A DNA stretch of 64,000 bases from Eledone cirrhosa (GCA_964016885.1 OZ024765.1:1488001-1552000); one strand, 5' to 3'; positions 1 to 14,888 are shown, numbered from the stretch's first letter. Numbers and translations: made by a program. Notes: a model not told the origin generated them from the letters alone.

Positions 1-2062
1 GTGACACACAATCCAGACAAGCTACTGTTTAGTTATACAGAGTTAAGGGTGACACACAATCCAGACAAGCTACTGTTTAGTTATACAGAGTTAAGGGCAA
101 CACACAATCCAGACAGGCTACTGTTTAGTTATACAGAGTTAAGGGTGACACACAATCCAGACAAGCTACTGTTTAGTTATACAGAGTTAAGGGAGACACA
201 CAATCCAGACAAGCTACTGTTTAGTTATACAGAGTTAAGGGTGACACACAATCCAGACAAGCTACTGTTTAGTTATACAGAGTTAAGGGAGACACACAAT
301 CCAGACAAGCTACTGTTTAGTTATACAGAGTTAAGGGAGACACACAATCCAGACAAGCTACTGTTTAGTTATACAGAGTTAAGGGCGACACACAATCCAG
401 ACAAGCTACTGTTTAGTTATACAGAGTTAAGGGTGACACACAATCCAGACAAGCTACTGTTTAGTTATACTGAGTTAAGGGCCACACACAATCCAGACAA
501 GCTACTGTTTAGTTATACAGAGTTAAGGGTGACACACAATCCAGACAGGCTACTGTTTAGTTATACTGAGTTAAGGGCGACACACAATCCAGACAAGCTA
601 CTGTTTAGTTATACAGAGTTAAGGGCGACACACAATCCAGACAAGCTACTGTTTAGTTATACAGAGTTAAGGGCAACACACAATCCAGACAAGCTACTGT
701 TTAGTTATACAGAGTTAAGGGTGACACACAATCCAGACAAGCTACTGTTTAGTTATACAGAGTTAAGGGCAACACACAATCCAGACAAGCTACTGTTTAG
801 TTATACAGAGTTAAGGGTGACACACAATCCAGACAAGCTACTGTTTAGTTATACAGAGTTAAGGGTGACACACAATCCAGACAAGCTACTGTTTAGTTAT
901 ACAGAGTTAAGGGAGACACACAATCCAGACAAGCTACTGTTTAGTTATACAGAGTTAAGGGCGACACACAATCCAGACAAGCTACTGTTTAGTTATACAG
1001 AGTTAAGGGTGACACACAATCCAGACAAGCTACTGTTTAGTTATACAGAGTTAAGGGAGACACACAATCCAGACAAGCTACTGTTTAGTTATACAGAGTT
1101 AAGGGAGACACACAATCCAGACAAGCTACTGTTTAGTTATACAGAGTTAAGGGAGACACACAATCCAGACAAGCTACTGTTTAGTTATACAGAGTTACGG
1201 GTGACACACAATCCAGACAAGCTACTGTTTAGTTATACAGAGTTAAGGGTGACACACAATCCAGACAAGCTACTGTTTAGTTATACAGAGTTAAGGGCGA
1301 CACACAATCCAGACAAGCTACTGTTTAGTTATACAGAGTTAAGGGTGACACACAATCCAGACAAGCTACTGTTTAGTTATACAGAGTTAAGGGTGACACA
1401 CAATCCAGACAAGCTACTGTTTAGTTATACAGAGTTACGGGTGACACACAATCCAGACAAGCTACTGTTTAGTTATACAGAGTTAAGGGTGACACACAAT
1501 CCAGACAAGCTACTGTTTAGTTATACAGAGTTAAGGGCGACACACAATCCAGACAAGCTACTGTTTAGTTATACAGAGTTAAGGGTGACACACAATCCAG
1601 ACAAGCTACTGTTTAGTTATACAGAGTTAAGGGTGACACACAATCCAGATAAGCTACTGTTTAGTTATACAGAGTTAAGGGTGACACACAATCCAGACAA
1701 GCTACTGTTTAGTTATACAGAGTTAAGGGCAACACACAATCCAGACAAGCTACTGTTTAGTTATACAGAGTTAAGGGCAACACACAATCCAGACAAGCTA
1801 CTGTTTAGTTATACAGAGTTAAGGGCAACACACAATCCAGACAAGCTACTGTTTAGTTATACAGAGTTAAGGGTGACACACAATCCAGACAAGCTACTGT
1901 TTAGTTATACTGAGTTAAGGGCCACACACAATCCAGACAAGCTACTGTTTAGTTATACAGAGTTAAGGGTGACACACAATCCAGACAAGCTACTGTTTAG
2001 TTATACAGAGTTAAGGGCAACACACAATCCAGACAAGCTACTGTTTAGTTATACAGAGTTAA
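1..2062. repeat. 48-bp minisatellite, ~43 units, running off the window edge
   Basis: Unit ACACACAATCCAGACAAGCTACTGTTTAGTTATACAGAGTTAAGGG+NN. Confidence 0.97.
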
Positions 2063-2431
2063 AGGCCAAAGTGAGAAAGTGTAAATTTGTATCAAAATAA
2101 AGAGTTACTTAAGTCACATATTCAAAGTTCACTGTTAAATTAACATAAACATACATGTACTGTGACATATATATATATACTGACATATATATATATACAT
2201 ACATGTACTGTGACATATATATACATACTGACATATATATACATACATGTAGTGATATATACTGACATATATATATATATATACATATATATTGACATAT
2301 ATATACATACATGTACTGTGATATATACTGACACATATATATATATATACACACATACTGACATATAGTGACATATATATACATACTGACATATATATAC
2401 ATACATACATACATGTACTGTGACATATAGT

Positions 2432-2469
<38 letters not shown>

Positions 2470-2488
2470 CTGTGACATATAGACACAC

Positions 2489-2519
<31 letters not shown>

Positions 2520-3272
2520 CATATAGTGACATATATATATACACACATACATGTACTGTGACATATATATATATACATACATACATACATACAGAGACAC
2601 TGACACACACTCTGACATATAGAGTGACATACGAACGCACACATATACTGTCATATGCAAACATACACATACACACACACATATATATATATATATGGTT
2701 CACTAATTTACTGTGGAACACTCTCTCTCTCTCTCTGTATATATATACACATATATATACATTTAAAAGGTAAACAGAAATAACAACACAATCGGTACAG
2801 TATATGGAAGGGATATATTAGGTTAACGCTTGATATAGCAGGAAGAGGGTCTTAACGTTTCGGACGCTAGTCCTTTATTAGAAGAAAGAATGAGAAATAA
2901 GATAGATTGAAGGGACGGGCTGGTTGGAATTGGAAAAAAAATGTCTTTAGATAAAAATAACAGGTCCATTCATGTTGACATCTCTTGTGCGTGTGTTACA
3001 TTGGTACCACACAAAATATCAGCCAAAATAGCCAGTCCACTCTGTAAGTGGTCATGTAGGTGTCACGACAAAAAGCACCCAGTCCACACATATATTTATA
3101 CATACACACACACACATATAAATACAGATATATATTTATATATACACGCACATATATATACAGATATATATTTATACATACATTCACACACACACACACA
3201 CACACTATATATATATATATATAGATAGATATATATTTATATATACACACACAAATATACAGATATATATTT

Positions 3273-3313
<41 letters not shown>

Positions 3314-3651
3314 GAGATATATTTATACTTAGATACACACATATATATATACAGATATATATATATATATACATCCACACACACACATATATATACAGAT
3401 ATATATTTATACATACACATATATATACAGATATATATTTAGACATACACACACACATATATATATACAGATATACATTTATACATACACACACATATAT
3501 ATATACAGATATACATTTATACATACACACACATATATATATATAGACAGATATATATTTATATATACACACACACATATATATACAGATATATATTTAT
3601 ACATACATACATATACAGATATTTAGACATACATACACATACATATATATA

Positions 3652-3983
3652 GAGGCACATGGCTTAGTGGTTAGAGCATTGGCCTTGCAATCGAAAGGTT
3701 GTGAGTTCAATTCTCAGACCGGGTGATGTGTTGTTTCCTTGAGCAAGACACTTTATTTCACATTGCTCCAGTTTACTCAGCTGTAGAAATGAGATGATAG
3801 GGACTGGGGTCCCTATCATTCCACTGCAAAGTGGTCGTGGAGGTGCCACGGCAAAAAAGCACCCAGCACTCACTGTAAATGAGGTTGGTGTTAGGAAGGG
3901 CATCCAGCTGTAGAAATCAAGTCAGAACGAGTTCCCGTCCCACCCTTGCAAGCAGGGAAAAGCGGACGTAAAATGATGATGAT
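3652..3983 (+). mobile_element. tRNA-derived SINE (family S1)
   Basis: A box TGGCTTAGTGG, B box GAGTTCAATTC, CCTTGAGCAAGACACT body, RTE-like 3' tail ending in (ATG)n. Confidence 0.85.
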
Positions 3984-4488
3984 ATATATATATATATACA
4001 CACACATATATATTACATGGTTTACACCAACTAGTACATGTTATTACGTCAATACCAAACACCGACACACTGACATATATATATATATATACACTGACAT
4101 ATATATATATACACTGACATATATATATATACACTGACATATATATATATACACTGACATATATATATATACACTGACATATATATATATACACTGACAT
4201 ATATATATATATACACACTGACATATATATATACACACACTGACATATATATATACACACTGACATATATATATATATATACACTGACATATATATATAT
4301 ATACACTGACATATATATATATATACACTGACATATATATATATATACACTGACACACTGATATACACATATATATATACTGACATATACGTAAAGACAG
4401 ACATATCTATATACACACACACACTGACATATAGACCTATATATATATACACAAATAGTGTATATATAGTGCGTGTATGTATATATAT

Positions 4489-4522
<34 letters not shown>

Positions 4523-4629
4523 GTGTGTGTGTGTATATATATATATAGTGTATATGGTATATATATATATATATGATAGAAAGTGTATATATAGTATATA
4601 AAGTGAATACATGGTATGTATATTGCATA

Positions 4630-6282
4630 CCACCAGTGCCACCACCAACACCACAACAAACACCACCACAAACACCACCACAACAAACACCACAACAAAC
4701 ACCACCACCAGTACCACCACCACCACAAACACCACCAGTACCACAACCAGTACCACCACCACCACAAACACCACCACCACCACAAACACCACCACCACCA
4801 CCACCACAAACACCACCACCACCACCACCACCACGACCACCACCACCACCACCACAAACACCACCACCACCACAAACACCACCACCACCACCACCACAAA
4901 CACCACCACCACCACCACAAACACCACCACCACCACAAACACCACCACCACCACAAACACCACCACCACCACCACCACAAACACCACCACCACCACCACC
5001 ACAAACACCACCACCACCACAAACACCACCACCACCACCACCACAAACACCACCACCACCACCACCACCACAAACACCACCACCACCACAAACACCACCA
5101 CCACCACCACCACAAACACCACCACCACCACCACCACAAACACCACCACCACCACCACCACAAACACCACCACCACCACCACCACAAACACCACCACCAC
5201 AAACACCACCACCACCACCACCACAAACACCACCACCACCACCACCACAAACACCACCACCACCACCACCACAAACACCACCACCACAAACACCACCACC
5301 ACCACCACCACCACAAACACCACCACCACCACAAACACCACCACCACCACCACCACAAACACCACCACCACCACCACCACCACAAACACCACCACCACCA
5401 CCACCACCACAAACACCACCACCACCACCACCACCACCACAAACACCACCACCACCACCACCACAAACACCACCACCACCACCACCACCAGTACCACCAC
5501 CACCACCACCACCAGTACCACCACCACCACCACCACAAACACCACCACCACCACCACCACAAACACCACCACCACCACCACCACCACCACCACCACCACC
5601 ACCACCACCACCACAAACACCACCACCACCACCACCACAAACACCACCACCACCACCACCACCAGTACCACCACCACCACCACCACCAGTACCACCACCA
5701 CCACCACCACAAACACCACCACCACCACCACCACAAACACCACCACCACCACCACCACCACCACCACCACCACAAACACCACCACCACCACCACCACCAC
5801 CACAAACACCACCACCACCACCACCACAAACACCACCACCACCAGTACCACCACCACCACCACCACCACCACCACAAACACCACCACCACCACCACCACC
5901 ACCACAAACACCACCACCACCACCACCACAAACACCACCACCACCAGTACCACCACCACCACCACCACCAGTACCACCACCACCACCACAACAAACACCA
6001 CCACCACCACCACCAGTACCACCACCACCACCACCACCAGTACCACCACCACCACCACAACAAACACCACCACCACCACCACCACCACCAGTACCACCAC
6101 CACCACCACCACCACCACCAGTACCACCACCACCACCACCACCACCACCAGTACCACCACCACCACCACCACCACCACCACCAGTACCACCACCACCACC
6201 ACCACCACCACCAGTACCACCACCACCACCACCACCACCACCACCAGTACCACCACCACCACCACCACCACCACCAGTACCA
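4630..6282. repeat. Compound (CCA)n microsatellite with CAAACA and GTA interruptions
   Basis: Direct reading. Confidence 0.97.
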
Positions 6283-6827
6283 TTTCATGCATCTCTGTGT
6301 GTGTATATATATATATATAGTTTCCTGTGTCTAGCTGTTTTGTTGTGTCCCTATCTGCACTGGGATGAATAGTATCAATCTTAATTTACCAAAATTGTAG
6401 TGATTTCTAGGGGTTGGCTGAAGAGAAGGCACTGTTCATTTTTTCCCATTGAATTGTCTTTCCCTGTACAACTCTCTACCTCAACATTGTTAGCTTGTAA
6501 TAAAAACATGTCAACCCCTCTCCTGCTGGTAGACACACACACACACAAATAATGGGGACAACCTCTATGGCTAGGAGCAGTGTAGACCAGATGTACTTGG
6601 TAGAATGCAGAACCTTATGTAAGAAAGATGCAAGCCTACTCTTTATCCTGACTGGTTGGCGTTAGGGAGGGCATCCACTTGTAGAAACCCAGCCAGAAAC
6701 TGTCCTACACGAGCGAGACACGGACACCCGACCAATCTTGCCTCAAGTCGGACAACTCCTGTCTAACCCATGCTAACGTGGAAGATAGACGTTAAACGAT
6801 GATGATGATATATACATATATATATAT

Positions 6828-6963
6828 AACAAAGGAAATGTGGTAAGGAACCAGATGGACCATGACGCACCAAAGTACTCAATACTTAGGGTAGTAGAGT
6901 GGGTAATAGGAACGAGTAGGACCCCGACGGCTGAGCTGAAGCCGTGTCGACGACTAATTCGTT

Positions 6964-6965
<2 letters not shown>
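6828..6965 (-). mobile_element. Family A element, simple truncated form (others at ~8118-8223, 15637-15770, 20015-20077, 38753-38794, 41349-41482)
   Basis: AACAAAGGAAATGTGGTAAGGAACCAG..GTACTCAATACTTAGGGTAGTAGAG..GACCCCGACGGCTGAGCT unit between TA repeats. Confidence 0.7.
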
Positions 6966-7013
<48 letters not shown>

Positions 7014-7113
7014 TACGTATCATCATCATTTATATATATATATATATATACACACATACGTATCATCATCATTTATATATATATATATATACACACATAC
7101 GTATCATCATCAT

Positions 7114-7147
<34 letters not shown>

Positions 7148-8067
7148 GTATCATCATCATTTGATGTCCACTCTCCATGCTAGCATGGGTTAGACGGGTT
7201 GTCCGATTTGAAGCAAGATTGGGGTCAGGTGACCGTGTCTTGCTCATGTGGGACAGTTTGTGTGTGTGTATAGAGAGGGAGGGAGAAAGAGAGAGAGGGA
7301 GGGAGAACGAGAGAGAGGGAGAGAGAAAGAGAGAGAGGGAGGGAGAAAGAGAGAGAGGGAGGGAGAAAGAGAGAGAGGGAGGGAGAACGAGAGAGAGGGA
7401 GAGAGAAAGAGAGAGAGGGAGGGAGAAAGAGAGAGAGGGAGGGAGAAAGAGAGAGAGCCCCTTTAGCTAGGTGGGGAGTTGACCAGAAAACATTGAAAAA
7501 GGGGATAATTTGACAATTAGTCATAAAAATAAAATATTTGTGAAGGGAGTATGGGGGGAGGGGTGGGGGGGTACAGAAAGACAGTAATTGAAGAGGGGAC
7601 AAGAGATAGAGAGAGGGATACAGTAAGGGGGTTGAAAGGAGGGAGAGAGAGAGAGGAAGTGAATGTAGGAAGGAGAGAGAGAGAGAGAGAGGGGAGAAAG
7701 AAGGGGGGAGAAAGAGAGTGAGAGAAAGTGTGAAGGAAATGACGGGGGAGGGAGGGAGAGGAAGTTAGTGTGGAGGCTGGGAGGGTGAACAGGCAGCTGG
7801 ATCTGATGGCAATATTTGGAATATTTTATGGTGGTGGGGGTGGGGAGATGTTTGTGCCTGTGGTAATAGTGGTGGTGGTGGTGCAGTGTGGGTGGTGGTG
7901 GTGGTGGTGGTGGTGCGGTGTGGATGTTGGCGGGGGGGGGGGGGGGGGTAGTGGTGAAAGTGTTAGCAGTGTTGATGATGGAGATGACAGTGGTGGTGGT
8001 GGTGTTTGTGATGGTGGTAGTATTAACAGTGATGATAATGATGATGGTGATAATTGCTTCTACTATA

Positions 8068-8121
<54 letters not shown>

Positions 8122-8243
8122 GAAGGAAATGTGGTAAGGAACCAGGTGGACCATAACACACCAAAGTACTCAATACTTCGGGTAGTAGAGTGGGTAATAG
8201 GAACGAGTAGGACCCCGACGGCTATATATATATGTATATATAC

Positions 8244-8281
<38 letters not shown>

Positions 8282-8339
8282 GTGATGCAACCATAGTTAC
8301 TTCTTGTGTTATATGTATACATGCACATGCACATATATA

Positions 8340-8391
<52 letters not shown>

Positions 8392-8424
8392 TTTCAAATC
8401 CATATTTAATAAACATTCCATTTT

Positions 8425-8484
8425 ATTCTTTCTGACGACTGAAGACATAAATATCTGTATTCAAGAAACCACTGGTAAATGAAT
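8425..8484 (+). ncRNA. Hammerhead ribozyme motif (family C, diverged)
   Basis: ATTCTTT-CTGACGA-[CTGAA..TTCAA]-GAAA-CCACTGG-TA-AATGAAT, with the same 3' tail (TCTTATG..GTTTATTACATAAC-(TA)n) as 47810-47840. Confidence 0.6.
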
Positions 8485-8509
8485 TAATTATCTTATGCTG
8501 TTTATTACA

Positions 8510-8543
<34 letters not shown>

Positions 8544-8546
<3 letters not shown>

Positions 8547-10356
8547 GGTGGCTCAAAAGTCACCCAGGGGGTGCAACTGTTTATAATTATTTTATTTTAT
8601 TTTAATTTTTCATAAGTAATGTGGCAGTGTGACAAGGATTGACAAGTGCAAAATAATTTCCATTATGTCCTTGTGGATTGGTGGATTGGCAGTATCGGTA
8701 GAGGGTCGGACGCCATGCTAGGGCGGTGGATTGGCAGTATCGGTAGAGGGTCGGACGCCATGCTAGGGTGGTGGATTGGCAGTATCGGTAGAGGGTCGGA
8801 CGCCATGCTAGGGCGGTGGGTTGGCAGTATCGGTAGAGGGTCGGACGCCATGCTAGGGCGGTGGATTGGCAGTATCGGTAGAGGGTCGGACGCCATGCTA
8901 GGGCGGTGGATTGGCAGTATCGGTAGAGGGTCGGACGCCATGCTAGGGTGGTGGATTGGCAGTATCGGTAGAGGGTCGGACGCCATGCTAGGGCGGTGGG
9001 TTGGCAGTATCGGTAGAGGGTCGGACGCCATGCTAGGGCGGTGGATTGGCAGTATCGGTAGAGGGTCGGACGCCATGCTAGGGCGGTGGGTTGGCAGTAT
9101 CGGTAGAGGGTCGGACGCCATGCTAGGGTGGTGGATTGGCAGTATCAGTAGAGGGTCGGACGCCATGCTAGGATGGTGGATTGGCAGTATCGGTAGAGGG
9201 TCGGACGCCATGCTAGGGTGGTGGATTGGCAGTATCGGTAGAGGGTCGGACGCCATGCTAGGGCGGTGGGTTGGCAGTATCGGTAGAGGGTCAGACGCCA
9301 TGCTAGGGTGGTGGATTGGCAGTATCAGTAGAGGGTCAGACGCCATGCTAGGATGGTGGATTGGCAGTATCGGTAGAGGGTCGGACGCCATGCTAGGGTG
9401 GTGGATTGGCAGTATCGGTAGAGGGTCGGACGCCATGCTAGGGTGGTGGATTGGCAGTATCGGTAGAGGGTCGGACGCCATGCTAGGGTGGTAGATTGGC
9501 AGTATCGGTAGAGGGTCGGACGCCATGCTAGGGTGGTGGATTGGCAGTATCGGTAGAGGGTCGGACGCCATGCTAGGATGGTGGATTGGCAGTATCGGTA
9601 GAGGGTCGGACGCCATGCTAGGGTGGTGGATTGGCAGTATCGGTAGAGGGTCGGACGCCATGCTAGGGTGGTAGATTGGCAGTATCGGTAGAGGGTCGGA
9701 CGCCATGCTAGGGTGGTGGATTGGCAGTATCGGTAGAGGGTCGGACGCCATGCTAGGGTGGTGGATTGGCAGTATCGGTAGAGGGTCGGACGCCATGCTA
9801 GGGTGGTGGATTGGCAGTATCGGTAGAGGGTCGGACGCCATGCTAGGGTGGTGGATTGGCAGTATCGGTAGAGGGTCGGACGCCATGTTAGGGCGGTGGA
9901 TTGGCAGTATCGGTAGAGGGTCGGACGCCATGTTAGGGCGGTGGATTGGCAGTATCGGAAGAGGGTCGGACGCCATGCTAGGGTGGTGGATTGGCAGTAT
10001 CGGAAGAGGGTCGGACGCCATGCTAGGGTGGTGGATTGGCAGTATCGGTAGAGGGTCGGACGCCATGCTAGGGTGGTGGATTGGCAGTATCGGTAGAGGG
10101 TCGGACGCCATGCTTTGAAGCATAGTTACGTCTCTTTACGAACTGAGTTCAAATCCCACCGAGGTTGACTTTGCCTTTCATCCTTACAGGGTCGATAAAA
10201 TAAAGTACCAGTAATACACAGGGTAATTGCTGGCCTTGTGCCTAAAGTAGAAACAGTTATGTCCTTTAAGTTGTATTGAAATTTCATACATCAATCTGTA
10301 CATTTCAGGAAGTTAATAAAAACTAAAAACCCTGTGTGACTTTTGTAGCCACCCTG
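8544..10356. mobile_element. Non-autonomous Tc1/mariner-like element hosting a SINE S2 insertion and 45-bp array
   Basis: TIRs CAGGGTGGCTCAAAAGTCAC / GTGACTTTTGTAGCCACCCTG. Confidence 0.65.
8680..10113 (+). repeat. 45-bp tandem array (~32 units) of the SINE S2 5' head
   Basis: Unit equals the first 45 nt of S2; the last unit continues into a complete S2 body. Confidence 0.92.
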
Positions 10357-10371
10357 TGTGTGTATATATGT

Positions 10372-10680
10372 ATCATTATCGTTTTACGTCTGCTTTTCCC
10401 TGCTTGCAAGGGTGGGACGGGAACTGATTCTGGCTTGGTTTCTACAGCTGGATGCCCTTCCTAACACCAACCTCATTTACAGTGAGTGCCGGGTGCTTTT
10501 TTGCCGTGGCACCCCCACGACCACTTTCCAGTGGAATGATAGGGACCCCAGTCCCTATCATCTCATTTCTACAGCTGAGTAAACTGGAGCAATGTGAAAT
10601 AAAGTGTCTTGCTCAAGGAAACAACACATCACCCGGTCTGAGAATTGAACTCGCAACCTTTCGATTGCAAGCCCAATGCT
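10372..10680 (-). mobile_element. SINE S1 copy (5' truncated)
   Basis: Reverse complement of 3652-3983. Confidence 0.8.
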
Positions 10681-10689
10681 ATATATGTA

Positions 10690-10897
10690 TAACGAAGGAA
10701 ATGTGGTAAGGAACCAGATGGACCATAACGCACCAAAGTACTCAATACTGAGGTAGTAGAGTGGGTAATAGGAAAAAAGTATGACCCGGACGGCAGAACT
10801 CAAGCTGTTTCGACGGTTATTTCTGGACAAAATATTTGGTCCAGAAATAGCCGTCGAAACAGCTTGAGCTCTGCCGTCGGGGTCATACTTTTTTCCA
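10690..10897 (-). mobile_element. Family A (TA)n-inserted element, fold-back form (putative Penelope-like pLTR fragment)
   Basis: Shared ~140-bp unit; inverted arms around 10833; flanked by TA repeats. Confidence 0.7.
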
Positions 10898-11590
10898 AAA
10901 CATATATATATATATCATATGTAGATATTTGGAGCATGAAGATATAAAATATAGGAGAGGTTAGAGGTGGTAGTGGTAGTAGTAGTAGTGGTGATGGTAG
11001 TAGTAGTTGCGAGAGTGGGGTGTGGGTGATTAAGTCAACCATCCGAGACATTCTCTAGTTGGTATTGTAGTGGTGGTGGTGGTAGTAGTGGTGGTGGTAG
11101 TAGTGGTGGTGGTAGTAGTGGTGGTGGTAGTAGTGGTGGTAGTAGTGGTGGTGGTAGTAGTGGTAGCAGTAGTTGTGGTGGTGGTGGTGGTAGTAGTAGT
11201 GGTGGTGGTAGTAGTAGTGGTGGTGGTAGTACTGGTGGCAGTAGTAATGGTGGTGGTAGCAGTAGTGGTGGTAGTAGTAGTGGTAGCAGTAGCAGTAGTA
11301 GCAGTAGTGGTGGTGGTACTAGTAGTACTAGCTGCAGCAGCAGCAGCTTCTGTTGTAGTTTCTATAGTTTTTAATGATGATGATAATGGCTGTGTTGTTA
11401 CTCTTGTGGTATTGTTGTTGTTTAGTTGTAGCCCCCCACCCCCTGAGATCTATATTCACAAAGGCCTCAAGTTTCTCACAGACCTACACCTACAAGTTCT
11501 CCTCTCCCCAACCCAATCAGAATAACAATTAAAGGAGCAAAAATGATTATAATTAAAACATTTTTTTAATGAAAATAATTATCATATTTG

Positions 11591-12931
11591 CAGCTCACCC
11601 TATGTAGGTTTAGCTGGCCTCCTACAAGGTTGTATCTCATAGAAGGTTTCTTGGGTGTTTTAATGATAGGGACCCCAGTCCTATCATGCTGTTACAGCTC
11701 ACCCTATGTAGGTTTAGCTGGCCTCCTACAAGGTTGTATCTCATAGAAGGTTTCTTGGGTGTTTTAATGATAGGGACCCCCAGTCCTATCATGCTGTTAC
11801 AGCTCACCCTATGAAGGTTTAGCTGGCCTCCTACAAGGTTGTATCTCATAGAAGGTTTCTTGGGTGTTTTAATGATAGGGACCCCAGTCCTATCATGCTG
11901 TTACAGCTCACCCTATGTAGGTTTAGCTGGCCTCCTACAAGGTTGTATCTCATAGAAGGTTTCTTGGGTGTTTTAATGATAGGGACCCCAGTCCTATCAT
12001 GCTGTTACAGCTCACACCTATGTAGGTTTAGCTGGCCTCCTACAAGGTTGTATCTCATAGGAGGTTTCTTGGGTGTTTTAATGATAGGGACCCCAGTCCT
12101 ATCATGTTGTTACAGCTCACACCTATGTAGGTTTAGCTGGCCTCCTACAGGGTTGTATCTCATAGAAGGTTTCTTGGGTGTTTTAATGATAGGGACCCCA
12201 GTCCTATCATGTTGTTACAGCTCACACCTATGTAGGTTTAGCTGGCCTCCTACAAGGTTGTATCTCATAGGAGGTTTCTTGGGTGTTTTAATGATAGGGA
12301 CCCCAGTCCTATCATGTTGTTACAGCTCACACCTATGTAGGTTTAGCTGGCCTCCTACAAGGTTGTATCTCATAGGAGGTTTCTTGGGTGTTTTAATGAT
12401 AGGGACCCCAGTCCCTATCATGCTGTTACAGCTCACACCTATGTAGGTTTAGCTGGCCTCCTACAAGGTTGTATCTCATACAAGGTTTCTTGGGCGTTTT
12501 AATGATAGGGACCCCAGTCTATCATGTTGTTACAGCTCACCCTATGTAAGTTTAGCTGGCCTCCTACAAGGTTGTATCTCATAGGAGGCTTCTTGAGTAT
12601 TTTAATGATAGGGACCCCAGTCCTATCATGTTACAGCTCACCCTATGTAGGTTTAGCTGGCGTCCTACAAGGTTGTATCTCATAGGTGGTTTCTTGGGTG
12701 TTTTAATGATAGGGACCCCAGTCCTATCATGTTGTTACAGCTCACACCCTATATAGGTTTAGTTGGCCTCCTACAAGGTTGTATCTCTCAGGTTTCTGGG
12801 GTGTTTTAATGGCAGGTACCCCAGTCCTATCATGTTGTTACAGCTCACACCTATGTAGGGTTTAGCTGGAATCCTACAAGGTTGATCACATAAGAGGTTT
12901 CTAGGGTGTTTCAATGATAGGGACCCCAGTC
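11591..12931. repeat. 104-105-bp tandem array (~13 units)
   Basis: Each unit contains ATGATAGGGACCCCAGTCCTATCAT. Confidence 0.95.
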
Positions 12932-13138
12932 TGATTACTGCCCCTTCTGAGCATTCAGTAGGGTTTTGAAATGCAAATTCTTGGCCCCAGCCTCCTCCAC
13001 TGCTAATTAGGTCACCTAGATAGAAGCTACCAACCACATATATGTGTGTGTGTGTGTGTGTGTGTATACATACATGTGTATGTGTGTGTATATATGTATA
13101 CATGTGTTGTGTGTGTGTCTATATATATATATCATAAT

Positions 13139-13188
<50 letters not shown>

Positions 13189-13685
13189 CACAGATCTGTT
13201 GTGTGTGTTTATATGTATATATATGTATGTATGTATGTATGTATATATATATATATATGTGTGTGTGTATAAATATAAATATATATATATGTAGGTGGTC
13301 CTAGTTAGATGACCTGAACTTGATAGCTCTCATTGTTACAGCTGAGTTTAAAGGTCAAGATAGTAATTAATATGGGGGGGATAGAGGTGAACCACCTTCA
13401 CTACACCCCCAACACACACACCCCCGTCACCTCCACCCTCCCACATGTCAGCTGACATAAATTAGGCTTTGCCCTACTCAGATAATACTAATAATAACAA
13501 TGGCCTCTGATTTAGGCACGAGAGCGGAGGGATAAAGTCGATTAAATTGACCCCAGTACATTACTGGTACTTTATTTTATCAACCCTCTGTAAGGATGAA
13601 AGGCAAAGCTAACCTCGGCGGGATTTGAACTCAGAATGTAAAATCATAGCTATATGCCACAAAGCATTTTATCTGACCATATATA

Positions 13686-14410
<725 letters not shown>

Positions 14411-14455
14411 ATATATATATATATATAGTAGTTCCACAACAGTTAGTTCACCATT

Positions 14456-14498
14456 ACCGAGAACAATTGTTTCACCTTAGTCAGATCATCAGCTTGGT
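14456..14498 (-). ncRNA. Minimal hammerhead ribozyme motif (family D) inside a fold-back element
   Basis: Minus strand: ACCAAG-CTGATGA-TCTGACTAAGGT-GAAA-CAATTG-TT-CTCGGT; the mirror arm has the perfectly pairing CTTGGT. Confidence 0.6.
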
Positions 14499-14612
14499 TT
14501 AAATTAAACAATTGTTCTTGGTATGGTGAACTAACTATTGTGGAACTACTTCTACCAAACTTGTCCTATGGACCGAGTGCTCTACTACTATGGATATAAC
14601 ACAGGAGCGTTC

Positions 14613-14657
<45 letters not shown>

Positions 14658-14857
14658 TAAAAAAAATAATGAATAAAACAATGAAACAGTTCCTTATATT
14701 AAACAAAAAAAGTTCATCATTTAACGATCGTTTCTAGGATATATATGTGTTAGAATTGGCATGCATATTCAACAGATCTATGTACAAAATTATACAAAAT
14801 TATACAAACTATCAAAATTAAATATACATACCAACACATATATATGCCGTCTTCAGA

Positions 14858-14888
<31 letters not shown>

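Noticed and set aside
1-2100. 699-aa repeat ORF or CRISPR-like array
   Set aside because: Pure 48-bp tandem repeat with no unique spacers, no ATG and no cas genes; one stop-free frame is unsurprising for a 48-bp unit.
2850-2885. Hammerhead-like motif on the minus strand (TCTT-CTAATAA-AGGAC..GTCC-GAAACGTT-AAGA)
   Set aside because: Two essential core G residues are mutated; plausible relic but not counted as supported.
3652-3725. tRNA gene
   Set aside because: The tRNA-like head continues into a multi-copy SINE body and lacks a proper acceptor stem.
3664-3903. Recurrent 79-aa ORF MPFLTPTSFTVSAGCFF..
   Set aside because: Antisense translation of SINE S1; it recurs only because the SINE is repeated.
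3922-6372. Poly-Pro/His/Thr/Trp/Val ORFs (extensin- or mucin-like)
   Set aside because: (CCA)n is stop-free in nearly every frame; it is flanked by TA microsatellite and has no signal peptide or splice context.
8646-10123. Repeat-protein ORFs on both strands
   Set aside because: Translation of a SINE-head tandem array.
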